A stretch of 64,000 nucleotides of DNA from Octopus vulgaris (lineage: Eukaryota). Positions 25,039 to 38,228 of this stretch are shown here, piece by piece. A model generated the notes under the pieces. It did not search any database, was not told where the DNA came from, and saw nothing but the letters and a program-made list of their open reading frames with translations. Positions within the stretch are counted from its first letter, which is position 1. Every line of letters begins with the position of its first letter. A program made the position numbers and the translations under genes. The DNA lies in the NCBI GenBank assembly GCA_951406725.2, contig OX597814.1, positions 198,648,001 to 198,712,000 on the forward strand, read 5' to 3'.

Positions 25039-26325
25039 TTTTAACACAGTGTTTTTTTCTGTATTTGATTTTTCTATATACAGCGTATCAATCACTCATC
25101 GACATCTCAAAGATATTAATGTTTTTTGTCAAATTGCTTAGATTTCATATCCTACGAGCTTTAGATCACGAATAACAAAAACGATGTGACCTCTTATGCA
25201 CTGTACAAAACAAACGTCACATTTAGAACTTGAGAGAAATTTTGTATATTCTTATTTATTCCGCTTACAAATTGTGTTTGTAACGTGTGTGTTACCTTGT
25301 TGATTTCTCTTTCTGTAAGCCTCAATTGTCTCGATTATCACTTGGATATTTACTCACAGACCCAAGTGCACTAGTTGTTACTAGTAAATATGTATCTTGA
25401 AGTTTTGTATGTAAACGAGTAGCGAAGAGGGAGAATCGGTAGCACGCCGAACGAAATGTATAACGGCATTCTGTCCGTCTTTAAGGTAGCGAGCTGGCAG
25501 AATCGTTAAGCACACCTTTTTCTATATTATGAGATATTAAATTTAAGTTTATTCGTAAGATACTACTTAGCGATAGATTTGTTGTTTGATAGCAAGTATA
25601 AGAGGTGTCTAAAGTTAGGCTTTTGTATATACATGTATTTATAGTATTAATTGTAGTTTTAAATTTCTTATAATTAAAATTAGATAAACTTTGATAAACT
25701 TAGATGTTTCAAATAAAGATTGGTCCAGGCCATGTATAACTTAATAGCATAACTTAGTTATTGTCTTTTAGAATTGATATTCGCTAGTTATTCCCATTGA
25801 TAATTATATTTATAGTATTTATAGTAATTATTCGATACTATATAACTACGAATTGATTATTTCTATAAGTATTTTACATAAGATTTCCGAAAGTTCGTTT
25901 AAGTTTGTTTGTTTGTATTTTTGAAATTAGCTATTTCATCTTTAAATATGAAAAATTAATTTATTAGGTTTTTATTATATGTGCATATATATTTATTTAT
26001 AGAGATTATTTTAGATCTTAATTATAATATTTATATACATTTATAAATTTTCATTGATAATTTATATATAATAGTTTTTTTGTTTTTTTAAAAATATTTA
26101 TGTAATTAGATATAGACTATTACCGATATTATATTATTGGTGGGTTTCCTACCTTATAAATTAAAATTAATACTTAACATTATAATCGATTTTGATATAA
26201 TCATAATTGTTAAGTTTTAAGTTTCTAGTTTGATAATAGAGTTCATTATAAGTAAAATTATTATATTATTTATATCTTAAAAATATTGTTTAAATATTTC
26301 TGATTATTTTAAAATTATTTCAATT

Positions 26326-26420
26326 AACCTGAAGATTGACTGTAACCATAACTCGAATTATTAATTGAATTCAAATTATTGTTATTCGAATTGGTACAGC
26401 CATGAAACGATCGTAGTGTT
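26326..26420 (+). ncRNA. Type I hammerhead ribozyme with extended stem II
   Basis: aac CTGAAGA t tgactgta-acc...ggtacagcca t GAAA cgatcg TA gtgtt. Stem I is weak. Confidence 0.7.
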
Positions 26421-26792
26421 TTACTCTTTATCTTTTATTAAACTTTTAATACTTTTGATATATATTTATAAAATAAATAAATAAATTAATTAATTAATAA
26501 ATAAAATAATATATAAATATAAAAATATACATACATATATATATATATTTGTATATATATATAAAATTTAGAAGTTTAAATTATTTAAATAGTTTTTTAT
26601 TTTTAACTTTTATATTTTAAAATTAATTTTATGTGTTGGTTTATGTTTTTCACTGTTTGATTTGCCTAATAGTGGTTTAATCCCTAATTTAATATAATAT
26701 AATATAATATATTTATACTATAAAATTGGATTTAATCCTAAATCTAATTTTTCCCTGTAAGTTTGGATTTATTCCCTAATATTATTATTATT

Positions 26793-26814
26793 TATATATA
26801 TATATAATGAATAT

Positions 26815-26896
<82 letters not shown>

Positions 26897-26902
26897 GAAT
26901 AT

Positions 26903-26954
<52 letters not shown>

Positions 26955-26990
26955 GAATATGGTATATATATATATATATATAATGAATAT

Positions 26991-27033
<43 letters not shown>
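26793..27033. repeat. Minisatellite of (TA)n + atgaatatgg units, resuming at 28349-28470
   Basis: Repeated taatgaatatgg(TA)n on both sides of the Helitron composite. Confidence 0.9.
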
Positions 27034-27038
<5 letters not shown>

Positions 27039-28348
27039 TGTAGTTGAGTGAGTGTCTGTCCCCTTCGATTTAGATTCCTAACTACTCCCACATTTTGCGG
27101 TGCAGTTTAACCAAATTCGAGTATCTTATAGTCGTGATTCATATCAAGCCCGTCTGGGTATTAGCGTGCGTCTACGATGAGTTTATGATTTTAAAAATAA
27201 TTTAACATCATCTTTTTCCATTTTAACGCATATTTTTTAAATTGGCGGCGGAGTTGGCGTCCATGCTCACACCTGCACCTGCGTTGCTTCTCCCCATTCT
27301 TCCCTCCCTCGTGAAGCTGTGGGGAAGGGAGTATAAGGAAATCAACGTCGTAAAGCGTTGTCAAGGAGACCAGCGTTCTTTTAGAACAACGACTTCATGG
27401 CTTGAAGACACCAAAACAGAAATGGCTAAGAAAGCCCGAAAGCAAATTCTACAAAATCGGGAAACACGCCACACAGGTCGTGGTGGTCGTGGTGGTCTTC
27501 GTGATGGTAGTGGCGATGGTGGTCGTCGTGTTTGTGGTGGTGGTGGTTCGTCGTGTTTGTGGTGGTGTTGTTATTGTTGTTGGTGGTGGTGGTGGTGGGG
27601 GTGGTAATGATGGTGGTGGTGGTGGTGGTGATGATGATGGTGGTGGTCGTGGTGGTCGTGGTGGTCTTCGCGTTGGTGGTGGTGATGGTCATGGGCGTAG
27701 TGGTGGTGGTGGTCATGGTGGTAGTGGTGGTGGTGGTGGTGGTGGCTGAAGCTGTCGTCTGGGTTCTTCCAATTTTTTCGTGTGTTGGCGTTCATGCTCG
27801 CACCTGCATCTGTGTAGCTTCTCCCCTCCCTCGTGAAGCTGTGGGGAAGGCAGGGTAGGGAAATCAACGTCGTAAAGCGTTGTCAAGGAGACAAGCATTC
27901 TTTTAGAACAACGACTTCATGGCTTGAAGTCGCCAAAACAGAAATCGCTAAAAAAGCTGAAACAGATCCACGAAAACGGCAAAAACCGCCACACAGGGCA
28001 GGTTTCCTGTCCAAACAATTTGCACAACCGAATGTTTTAGTTGTTGCACAAATCTTTATATATAAAAGTGAAGTTGTGTGTCTGTCTCCTACGATTTAGA
28101 TTCCTAACTACTCCCACATTTTGCGGTGCAGTTTAACCAAAACCGGGTATCTTATAGTCGTGATTCATATCGAGCCCTTCTGGGTATTAGCGCGCGTCTA
28201 CGATGAGTCTACGATTTAAAAAAAAATTACCATCATTTTTTATTCCATTTTTAATGCATTTTTTGCTATGTTTTTGCTATAACTCACTAAAAATGCTTAT
28301 ATAGTTATATCCCTTACAAACCCGAGCAACGCCGGGCGATACTGCTAG
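27025..28348 (+). mobile_element. Composite Helitron (5' end + captured duplicated cassette + complete type 1 unit)
   Basis: Type 1-like 5' part at 27025-27240, ~220-bp direct repeats at 27253-27476 and 27784-27996 around (GGT)n, a second a|TC start at 28053, and one hairpin-CTAG end. Confidence 0.8.
27476..27745. repeat. Imperfect (GGT)n trinucleotide tract
   Basis: Direct inspection. It produces the poly-G/V/H/T ORFs in the track. Confidence 0.95.
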
Positions 28349-28368
28349 TATATATATATTATGAATAT

Positions 28369-28412
<44 letters not shown>

Positions 28413-28418
28413 GAATAT

Positions 28419-28481
<63 letters not shown>

Positions 28482-28954
28482 GGTGTGTATGTGTATGTGT
28501 GAATAGAATGATAGATATCTAGATAGATTGAACAAATTGATAGATAGGTAAATAGATATCGATATATATATACACACATAATGTCTGAATATTTGTGTAT
28601 AAATTACTAAGATGAAATATTTCTCAGTCAGTAGATGACATATTAACTCTATTTTTGTATCGGGATTTGAGTTTTGAACTTCACACTACTTCTAAACAAT
28701 TTCGAAAAGCACTCTGATAGCATAATTACGATGTGGATAATAACTACACCTAGTAAGCAACAAGATGAAGAACAGTCTTTTTTATACCTGATATTTTATT
28801 CTAATTTAAATGTTTTTGTTAAAAAAGTAAAAAGAAAAAAGAAAAAAAAAACTCCTGGATTAAGACGTAGTTTGTTATCAGAAATGGCTTTTATCTTGTC
28901 TGTTAGTCGGAGGCCGTCATGATTATTTTAAAACGATTTATAGCTATTTTAGTA

Positions 28955-29339
28955 TCTCTCTCTATATAAACGGCAGTTTGTCTGTGCGTGTTTCTGTGTG
29001 TCTGTTTGCTTGTACCCTCACCCTGACCACGGATTTCAACCGATTCTGATGAAACTTGACGCACACATAGCCCAATGTCATAATTCAAAACTAACGCAGC
29101 GAAAATTTTGAAAAGTTCCCCCAGTTCTGAAAAAGATCGATAAATTCGACATGGGGTCGACAATCAGAAACACAAACCACCGATGGTCTAGGGACGCAAC
29201 TCGACCTTTTTAACTATAAAAAAAAATTTACCATAATTTTTTTCCCCATTTTTTTGCTATTTTTTTGGCTATAACTCTCTAAAAATGCTTTATAGTTATT
29301 TCCCTTACAAACCCGAGCAACGCCGGGCGATACTGCTAG
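28955..29339 (+). mobile_element. Non-autonomous Helitron, body type 2
   Basis: a|TCtctctctatataaacgg...cccgagcaacgccggg...CTAG|t. Confidence 0.9.
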
Positions 29340-31828
29340 TCGGAATATAAAACGAAGAAACGCAACACTTCAAAAGTGTCGGTCCAGATTTAACTTAAAA
29401 ACTAAATGAATCCCAGCCATCGTCTTTAATGAATCAAAGATATAACTTTTAAGAAATCTTAGATCATTTGTTTTGTTTATCGTCTCAAGTTGACAGTTCT
29501 CTCTCAATTATGTATCAGATGCTTGTCGCAATGTATCGTAGATATCTCTTTAATAACCAGACTTATATATCTGCTGTTGGTGGAGTCAGTGGTTCGTATC
29601 ACGTTCATGCGACGCTCTAACCAACTGATAGAGCTAGATATCATAGCTAAAGGACGTAAAATTGGTAAATATTTGTCGTTGCTATTGTTGTTTAGCTTCA
29701 AGGTTAGTCTCCTTGAAGTTGACAGGATTAACGGTAAATCAATCGAGGCTGTTCGATCTTTTGTTGTATGTTCAATAGATCAATTTTCAAAAGAGAAAAT
29801 AGTATGATTTGTGAAAGATTTTACTGCCATTTTTATAGAATAGACGGCCAATTAATTAGAGGCTCCTTCGTTGACAGACTGGTGAGCAAATATCCTTTTA
29901 TGTCTGTAGAAAGAGAAATGTTAACGATTCCTCTTATTCTCGTATGTAAATATTACAGTAAGTCTTCTATTCTTTGCCAATGACCCGATATGTTAGACAG
30001 TATTATTAGCCATTAACGTATTAAATTAAAGGCTTTTATAGGCTTTAGATTATAAGTTCGGGCTATAGAACAAAGTTTATTCCCCCAAGAAGCGAAATCT
30101 CACTCTTCGGAAAGACTCATTCACCAAATGATATGTTCTACTGGGGTTGCAGGATATAAGGCTCTCCTTCTTCCCCACAGTATAATGTATATTCCATTAT
30201 TTGAACTCTTTTTAGCATTTACTGACTTGGATCGTCAATAGTTTCTTCGTATTTCATTACTTTAGAACTACAGTATGTGACAAAATCGCATGTTGCCACA
30301 CAAAGAAAACCTTTTGGATGTTTGACTCAAATTTCCTTAGAGAAAGAAATTAAGGAATGTCCATCAGAACTTTATCCGAAATGTGTCAAGTGTTATTTCG
30401 GGTACCACAAGGTACCATATTGCAACGGTTTTCTTCCACTTTTCTCCTCATGTAGTTGGCTGTGTTAAAATGCCCAATTTTCTAAGCTCAACAATTACGA
30501 TTAAATAACTAACACATTTCCTTCATATTACTGATGAAACATCTAAACGCCATTATAAACGCTGTACCATACCATAAGTGAAGATCTCTTAGCTAATACT
30601 TAACATAAACAAACCTGTCCCGCATAAATTAACAACTACGAACTCTCTTCAAGGCAAAGGTGGCACCTATAATGGAGCACCGTTGCTACATCTGAGATAG
30701 TGCAATTAAACACCTACATGCACTATTATCAGCCCTCTGTTCATAAACAGTTTTGGATTTAAAGGCATAAAAGACAGAATTGCTATCGAAAAGACCACCG
30801 AATAATCGTTTTTCTTCGAATGTTCAAAGAAGATTTCTCAATATATTCTTTACAAGTGTGTTTACCAGGAAATTTAGTTCTATGCAATAATCGCGCTGCT
30901 ACATTCACATGGATATCAGAATGGTAGAAAAGATATTGTATCCCATTAATATAAGAGGATAATATTTGTAGTATCATATTAAATATATTAATATATCAAA
31001 TATGGCAAAAATGGAATTGATAAGAAAATCGCGGTCTTTTTTATTGACTTCTATAATATTCAGAAAAAAAGGAGTATTCGTGAATTCTGTAAAGTTTCCT
31101 TATAAAACATTAGAGATTTGGTAAATATATGAACTGTAAATCCAATAAACATGGAACCGTTTTTGATTATTCTGTAGAGAAAGAAAAAATAAGTTTCCGC
31201 GTAAAATTCTTGCGACAGATCTTTGCACAAACAATTATATGCAAACATTTGGGATGTTTTAAATATCAATACATTTTAAAGGTTTGGTATTTTCAGTAGA
31301 ATTGTGTCACAATCAATAATAGCACGAGGTTTCTAGTCATCTTGAAGAGAAATTCTCCTTTATGGTTAAACGCTCTGATATCATTGCTAGCTTCACTAAC
31401 TGGCCATAAACCAAATTATCGGTATGTGATCGATTCGGCAATTAAGTTTATTTTGATTTCTTTTCGAGACTTAAGCTGGAATGTATACATAATGGATGGC
31501 ATCGATCTTGCAAATTTATAAAGGAACATACTTTTGACAATACTGTGTAAATCTGATAATTCTACAGTAAAGCTAATGCGTATTGTATTCACTAAAATAT
31601 AATTTGATGCATTACATTAAACATGGTGTTCATGAATTCAATAAGATTTTGAGCCTTTATATTTCCAACAATATATTTATATATCACGGCGGGGTTTTAT
31701 GTTTGATTTTGCCGCTAATTTTTTAAAATTCGTATAGAATGCTTTTTGTGCTGTTTTTCACGATAGATTTGTCTCGGGTTCGTAATATTATCAGGGAGAA
31801 ACTATTCTTAATATTGGTTTCGAATTTA

Positions 31829-32413
31829 GGCGATGAGCTGGCAGAAGCGTTAGCACGCCGGGCGAAATGCTTAGCTGTATTTCGTCCGCTTTTACGTTCT
31901 GAGTTCAAATTCCGCCGTGGTCGACTTTGCCTTTCATCCTTTCGGGAGCGATTAAATAAGTACCAGTTACGTACTGGAGTCGATGTAATCGACTTAACCT
32001 GTTTGTCTGTCCTTGTTTGTTCCCTCTGTGTTTAGCCCCTTGTGGGTTGTAAATAAATAGGTGTTTCGTCTGCCGTTACGTTCTGAGTCCAAATTCCGCC
32101 GAGGTCAACTGTGCCTTTCATCCTTTCGGGCTCGATAAGTTAAGTACCAGTTGCGTACTGGGGTCGACTGGTACCCTCCCTCAAAATTTCGGGCCTTTTG
32201 CCTATACTGGAAAAGAAACGTTAGCACGCCGGGCAAAATGCTTAGCGGTATTTCGACTGTTTTTATGTTCTGAGTTCAAATTCCACTGAGGTCGACTTTG
32301 CCTTTCATCCTTTCAGGGTCGATAAATTAAGTAGCAGTTAAATACTGGCGTCGATCTAATCGACTGGGTCTCTCCCACCAAAAATTTCGGGCCTTGTGTC
32401 TAGAGTAGAAAAT
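31829..32413 (+). mobile_element. SINE family B trimer
   Basis: Three B units. Flanked by the imperfect duplication tattg(g/t)tttcgaat. Confidence 0.85.
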
Positions 32414-32774
32414 AATATTGTTTTCGAATATTGGCACAAGGCCGACAAATGCATGGGAGAGGATACGTCGCTTACATTTTATCGACCATAAAAAGATGAA
32501 AGGCAAATCGACTTCGGTGGAATTTGAAACCAGAACGGACGAGATGCCGGTAAGCATTTTTCCCGTTTGTCAGCTCGTCCCCTGAAGGTAGTTCTTATTA
32601 TCGATTTCTAAAATTAATGTCTTATTTATCACCTTCGAAAGGATGAAATGCAAGGTTGAGCGTGACGGGATTCGAAATAAACATGACGGTACAAAATATT
32701 ATAAAGCAGTTTGTCCGATGCTCTACAGATTCTGTCACTTGGTTTCATTCCACTATTTTTAATGTAAATAAATA

Positions 32775-33389
32775 AAGGTCAAGACTATTGAAAAGGATGC
32801 AAGATGCAACGAAAATTTGGGGAAAATAAGAAATAAGTGGAAATTTTACCGCTGAGTGTGTTAATGATTCTTCCCAGACACAACAAATTAAAGGTTCTGT
32901 TGTACTTTTACAAGAAGAGTGCTGACAATGACTTCGAGATTCCGTAGTTTCGAAGTTTCGACCTGCTAGACAACATCGGACTGTCCGTTTAAAGCCAGCA
33001 GACTGAAACCACGAAATCACTTCGTCTAATTGTATAACAAATGTGTACTCTACAAAGAGTAGTGAGCAATTGATTAGTTTAATGTAAAAGTGTTTTTATT
33101 CTGTTGTGTCTGGGGAGAGTCATTTTCTTTTTGTGCCTTATTATGTAACACAATCACCGGCAAAATTTCTACTTTTTTCTTATTTTTATTGTCCTAAAAT
33201 TTTCGTTGCGTCTTGCAACCTTTTCAATAGTTTTGACTCTGTCCGTTATTTACACTGCATTCCCTTTTGTTTGTTTCAAACAAAAATTTTAGGGCAATAA
33301 AAATAAGAAAAAAGTGGAAATTTTACCGGTGAGTGTGTTAAATTATAAGGCACAAAAAGAAAATGACTCTCCCCAGACGCAACAGAATA
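32775..33389. repeat. Inverted repeat pair (33099-33204 / 33283-33389) plus a third copy at 32775-32885
   Basis: attctgttgtgtctggggagagtc... vs ...gactctccccagacgcaacagaat. The upstream copy has the same orientation as the right arm. Confidence 0.85.
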
Positions 33390-34096
33390 TGCTTCAACAC
33401 ACGAACTCGTATAAAGAATCTTGCAAACTAAATCTAAAAACGAAATGTTTTTATTATAACTCGACATAAAAACAAACATTAATATGAATAAATGTTCTGG
33501 CAATTTCATTGATCGTGTGATAAGGAGAGATATGATACTAAAGAAATGATCTTCTTGTTCGGAAGTAGCATGTGATACACCATTAGAGTCATATCAATAC
33601 AAGTTCGAACATAATTTATTTTTATGTCCATATTCAAATTTTAATTCTTACATTAAATAGTTTCCGGACCATGGTGCTGCTGTTGCCTTCGCTTGGCGAA
33701 TTACCTAGTCAAGCATTTTGGAAGATTTGTTTGTGTAAATCTGAAGAAAAAAAGATACTTCCGGAGGTAATCTGAAAGGCTTCAGTGGACTTGATTTGGA
33801 AAAAGAAAATCTTTCCATTCTTATGTTTCAGACTGAGACCATTCTGGGGCAACAGCTTTCAGCGTTCAAATTAAACAAATCAACCTTAGTACTTACTTAA
33901 AAAAAAAATCTGGTACTTATTGTATCATCTTTTTTCTCAAACCGGGAATGTGCGGAAACGTAAACAAACCAGCGGTTGTTGTCATGTGGCCGTGGTGGTG
34001 GGAAGAAACACAAAGACACACACACACACACACACACGCATCCCTACACATACATATGTGCGTTTGTGTGTATGTATAAATATATAAAAGTATATA

Positions 34097-34513
34097 GGGC
34101 GGCGAACTGGCAGAATCGTTAGCACGCCGGGCGAAATGCGTAGCCTTACTTCGTCTGCCGTTACGTTCTGAGTTCAAATTCCGCCGAGGTCGACTTTGCC
34201 TTTCATCCTTTCGGGGTCGATTAATTAAGTACCAGTTATGTACTGGGGTCGATATAATCGACTTAATCCGTTTGTCTGTCCTTGTTTGTTTTCTCTGTGT
34301 TTAGCTTTTTGTGGGCAGTAAAGAAATAAGTATTTCGCCTGCCTCTACGTTCTGAGTTCAAATTCCGCCGAGGTCGACTTTGGCTTTCATCCTTTCGGGG
34401 TCGATTAAATAAGTACCAGTTACGTACTGGAGTTTGATGCAATCGACTTAATCCCTTTGTCTGTCCTTGTTTGTCCCCTCTATGTTTAGCTCCCTGTGTG
34501 AAATAAAGAAATA
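34097..34513 (+). mobile_element. SINE family B dimer
   Basis: Head + two units, each with tail 1. Confidence 0.88.
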
Positions 34514-34750
34514 AAAAAAAAATATATATATATGTATGTATAGATATACACACATATGTATGATGAGATTCCGCACAGTTTCTCACAAAGTATTGGTTGG
34601 CTAGGGGCTATAGTAGAAGACACTTTCCAAAGTTGTCGCATGCTGGAACTGAACTCAAAACCAGGTGGTTGTGAAGTGAACTCTTACCCACACATCTACG
34701 TTCTGCACCAAGCTACGTCAACAATGCATTTAAACATTCCTAGGTATATA

Positions 34751-34964
34751 CTCTTTTACTCTCTTTTACTTGTTTTAGTCAAACTGCCGCCATGCTGGAG
34801 CACCACCTTTAGTCGAGCAAATCGACCCCGGGACTTATTCTTTGTAAGCCTAGTACTTATTCATTCGGTCTCTATTGCCGAACCGCTAAGTTACGGGGAC
34901 GTAAACACACCAGTATCGGTTGTCAATCGATGTTGGGGGGGGGGGGACAAACACAGACACACAA

Positions 34965-34997
<33 letters not shown>

Positions 34998-35160
34998 CGA
35001 CGAGCTTCTTTCAGTTTCCGTCTATCAAATCCACTCACAAGGCTTTGGTCGGCCCGATGCTATAGTAGAAGACACTTGCCCAAGGTGTCACGCAGTGGAA
35101 CTGAACCCGGAACCATGTGGTTGGGAAGTAAGCTACTTACCACAGAGCCACTCCTGCGCC
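34751..35160 (-). mobile_element. Full-length SINE family A
   Basis: Reverse complement of the consensus, ending ctcctgcgcc on the plus strand. Confidence 0.9.
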
Positions 35161-35581
35161 TATGTAACTAAATTTAATCGAAATTGTAATTGTTTCGCTG
35201 TGCTTCTTTCAATTACATGCAAGTCTGAGGCAATTTTATGAACATTATTTAATGTTTTTGTTCCATTGATTTCTATCTAATAAATAGTTTTGATCCCAAT
35301 TAGCGACTTTTAATAACTGTTTAACACGATATTTTGTCACGGAAGGAAGATTTTTATCGGCTTACCATAACATTTGTAAAATAACAAAATATCGTGGCAC
35401 GGAAATATTAAGATACGTTCGTGTGATTATAGTTTTGAAAGATTTATTGCACAATTAAATATTAATTTCCTTGATGATTGGCTGTCTCCCTCGATAGTTC
35501 CATTATTTTGGATTTGGAATGATATTTTTTCCGAATGCCAGAGACTCTAACCATCTGTTAGGTTTTCATTCGTATTAAGTA

Positions 35582-35975
35582 CTAGCAGTATCGCCCGGCG
35601 TTGCTCGGGTTTGTAAGGGAAATAACTATAAAGCATTTTTAGAGAGTTATAGCCAAAAAACAGCAAAAAATGCATTAAATGAAAAAAAAATTATGGTAAA
35701 TTTTTTAAAAAATCGTTGACTCATCGTAGACATTTTTAGAGAGTTACTTCCCTTTATTTAAAAAATATGCTTTAAAATGGAAAAAAATTATGGTAAATTA
35801 TTTTTAAAATCGTAGACTCATCGTAGACGCGCGCTAGTACCCAGAAGGGCTCGATATGAATCACGACTATAAGATACCCGGTTTTGGTTAAACTGCACCG
35901 CAAAATGTGGGAGTAGTTAGGAATCTAAATCGTAGGAGACAGACACTCACACAACTTCACTTTTATATATATAGA
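35582..35975 (-). mobile_element. Non-autonomous Helitron, body type 1 (complete)
   Basis: Minus strand a|TCtatatatataaaagtg...hairpin...CTAG|t. Confidence 0.92.
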
Positions 35976-36334
35976 TATGTTCACTGAGAAAAATTCCATA
36001 CAATGAGAATTAATGTACAACTCCCTGATGGGAACAGTTTTCTCTGTTTAACAATAGCCGATAAAAATGTTAATTGGAGGGTTGATTGGTTGGTTGGTTT
36101 GAGGGTTAGTTGACTGGGCCAGCCATGTTGTACATCGTGTATTGAGAGAGAATGAGAGGGAGAGAGAAAGAAAGAAAGGGAAAGAGAGAGAGAGAGAGAC
36201 AGACAGTGAGCAAATGAAAACAAAAAAACAGAGAGAGAGAGAGAGAGAGAGGGAGGAAAAGAGAGAAAGAGAGCGAGAATTAGTATAAGAGGATGAGTAC
36301 ACATACTAGACTCGTGGTAGACAATGACAATATG

Positions 36335-36730
36335 TTTCTTTATTACTCACAAGGGTGATAAAGGGGACAAACAAGGACAGACAAACGAATTATTACATCG
36401 ACCCCAGTGCGTAAGTGGTACTTAATTTATCGACCCCAAAAGGATGAAAGACAAAGTCGACCTCGGCGGAATTTGAACTCAGAGCGTAACGGCAGACGAA
36501 ATGCCTATTTCTTTATTACCCACAAGGGGCTAAACATAGAGGGGACAAACAAGGGCAGACAAACGAATTATTATATCGACCCCAGTGCGTAACTGGTACT
36601 TAATTTATCGACCCCAAAAGGATGAAAGGCAAAGTCGACCTCAGCGGAATTTGAACTCAGAACGTAATGGCAGACGAAATACGGCTACGCATTTCGCCCG
36701 GCGTGATAACATTTCTGCCAGCTCGCCGCC
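36335..36730 (-). mobile_element. SINE family B dimer with TSD
   Basis: tagaca(a/t)tgacaata at 36318-36332 and 36734-36748. Confidence 0.88.
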
Positions 36731-36962
36731 TTATAGACATTGACAATAGGAACGATGCACACAGGGGGAAAGAAAGATTCATAAAGACAGGTGAAGAGAA
36801 GAAAGAGGCGTAATTGACAGTAGTTTTGGGTGGGGAATTATAAATTAGGGATTTGTTTTATTCAATTTATTTTAAGGCACTAAATATTTTGGCCTTGAAA
36901 ATATACATTCACTTCATTATTTTGTATAAACACCAAGAAATCTGGATGAAATTTAAACTATA

Positions 36963-37117
36963 GGCGCGGAAGTGGATTTGTGTGGTAAGTAGCTTGCTTA
37001 CCAACCACATGGTTCCGGGTTCAGTCCCACTGCGTGGCACCTTGGGCAAGTGTCTTCTACTATAGCTTCGGGCTGACCAAAGCCTTGTGAGTGGATTTGG
37101 TAGACGGACGGAAACTG

Positions 37118-37188
<71 letters not shown>

Positions 37189-37599
37189 TGTGTGTGTGTG
37201 GAGGTGTAATGGCCTTTCTCTCACTCTTTCTTCTGTTGGCCTGCTCGCTTAGCCAGGGGGGTGGCGTCATTTGGAGGCTAAAACAATGCGAAGCGCATTG
37301 TGACCAGCGATGTGTAACAACATCTGATGGCCTGGTCGGTCACGGTGATATATATATATATATATATATGTGTGTATGTGTATGTACATGTTTGTGTGTC
37401 TGTGTTTCTCCCCCCAACATCGCTTGACAACCGATGGTGGTGTGTTTATGTTCACGTAATTTAGCGGTTCGGCCAAAGAGGCCCTAGAATAAGTACTAGG
37501 CTTACAGAGAATTAGTCCTGGGGTCAATTTTCTCGACTAAAGGCGGGGCTCCAGCATGGCCGCAGTCAGATGACTGAAGCAAATAAAAGAGTAAAAGAG
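36963..37599 (+). mobile_element. SINE family A containing a deleted family D copy (37200-37348) in its microsatellite
   Basis: A 5' half, (TA)n, then ggaggtgtaatggcc|tttctctcactc + tail T2, (TA)n, A 3' half. Confidence 0.85.
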
Positions 37600-37937
37600 T
37601 ATAGAACTTCCCAACCACAGAGTTCAGGGTGCAGTCCCACTGCGTGGTAAAGTGGGGGAGTGTATTCTACTACGGCTCCCCTATCTTCGAGCCACCAAAG
37701 ACTTGTAAGTTGAGATTTGGTAGACGGAAACTGAAAGAAGCCCGTTGTGTAGAGCTCTGTGTGTGTGTGTGTTTGTCTATGTTTGTACCCTTTCACTGAT
37801 TGACAACCGGTGTTGGCGTGCTTACGTCCCCATGACCTAGCGATAGAATAAGTATACTGGAGTTGATTAGTTCGACTAAAATTCTTCAAGGCTGTGCCCC
37901 AGCACGGTTGGAGCCTACTGACTGAAAGAAGTAAAAG

Positions 37938-37988
<51 letters not shown>

Positions 37989-38144
37989 CATACTCATACA
38001 TACATACGTACGTACGTACGTATGTATGTATGTATGTATGTATGTATGTATGTATGTATGTATGTATGTACGTATGTACGTATGTATGTATGTATGTGTG
38101 TGTGTGTGTTTTGGAAAATTAAGGTAAACACGAGCATAAATAGT

Positions 38145-38228
38145 TAGTCCCTACGTACGTTTCACCATTGCGGTTATTTGGACGTCATCATTGGGTACCT
38201 AGCCAGATCGGGTCATCAGGGCAACTAG
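38145..38228 (-). ncRNA. Type I hammerhead ribozyme (canonical core)
   Basis: tagttgcc CTGATGA ccc...ggt GAAA cgtacg TA gggacta. Stem I of 7 bp with a bulge, palindromic stem III, weak stem II. Confidence 0.7.

Noticed and set aside
27402-27898. Gly-, His-, Val- and Thr-rich ORFs
   Set aside because: Stop-free frames of a (GGT)n tract inside a Helitron, with no coding evidence.
29490-29983. 105-aa and 71-aa ORFs with nearby splice-like sites on both strands
   Set aside because: No recognisable domain and no consistent exon frame.
33741-33790. CTGAAGA...GAAA hammerhead candidate
   Set aside because: Stem I cannot form; likely chance.
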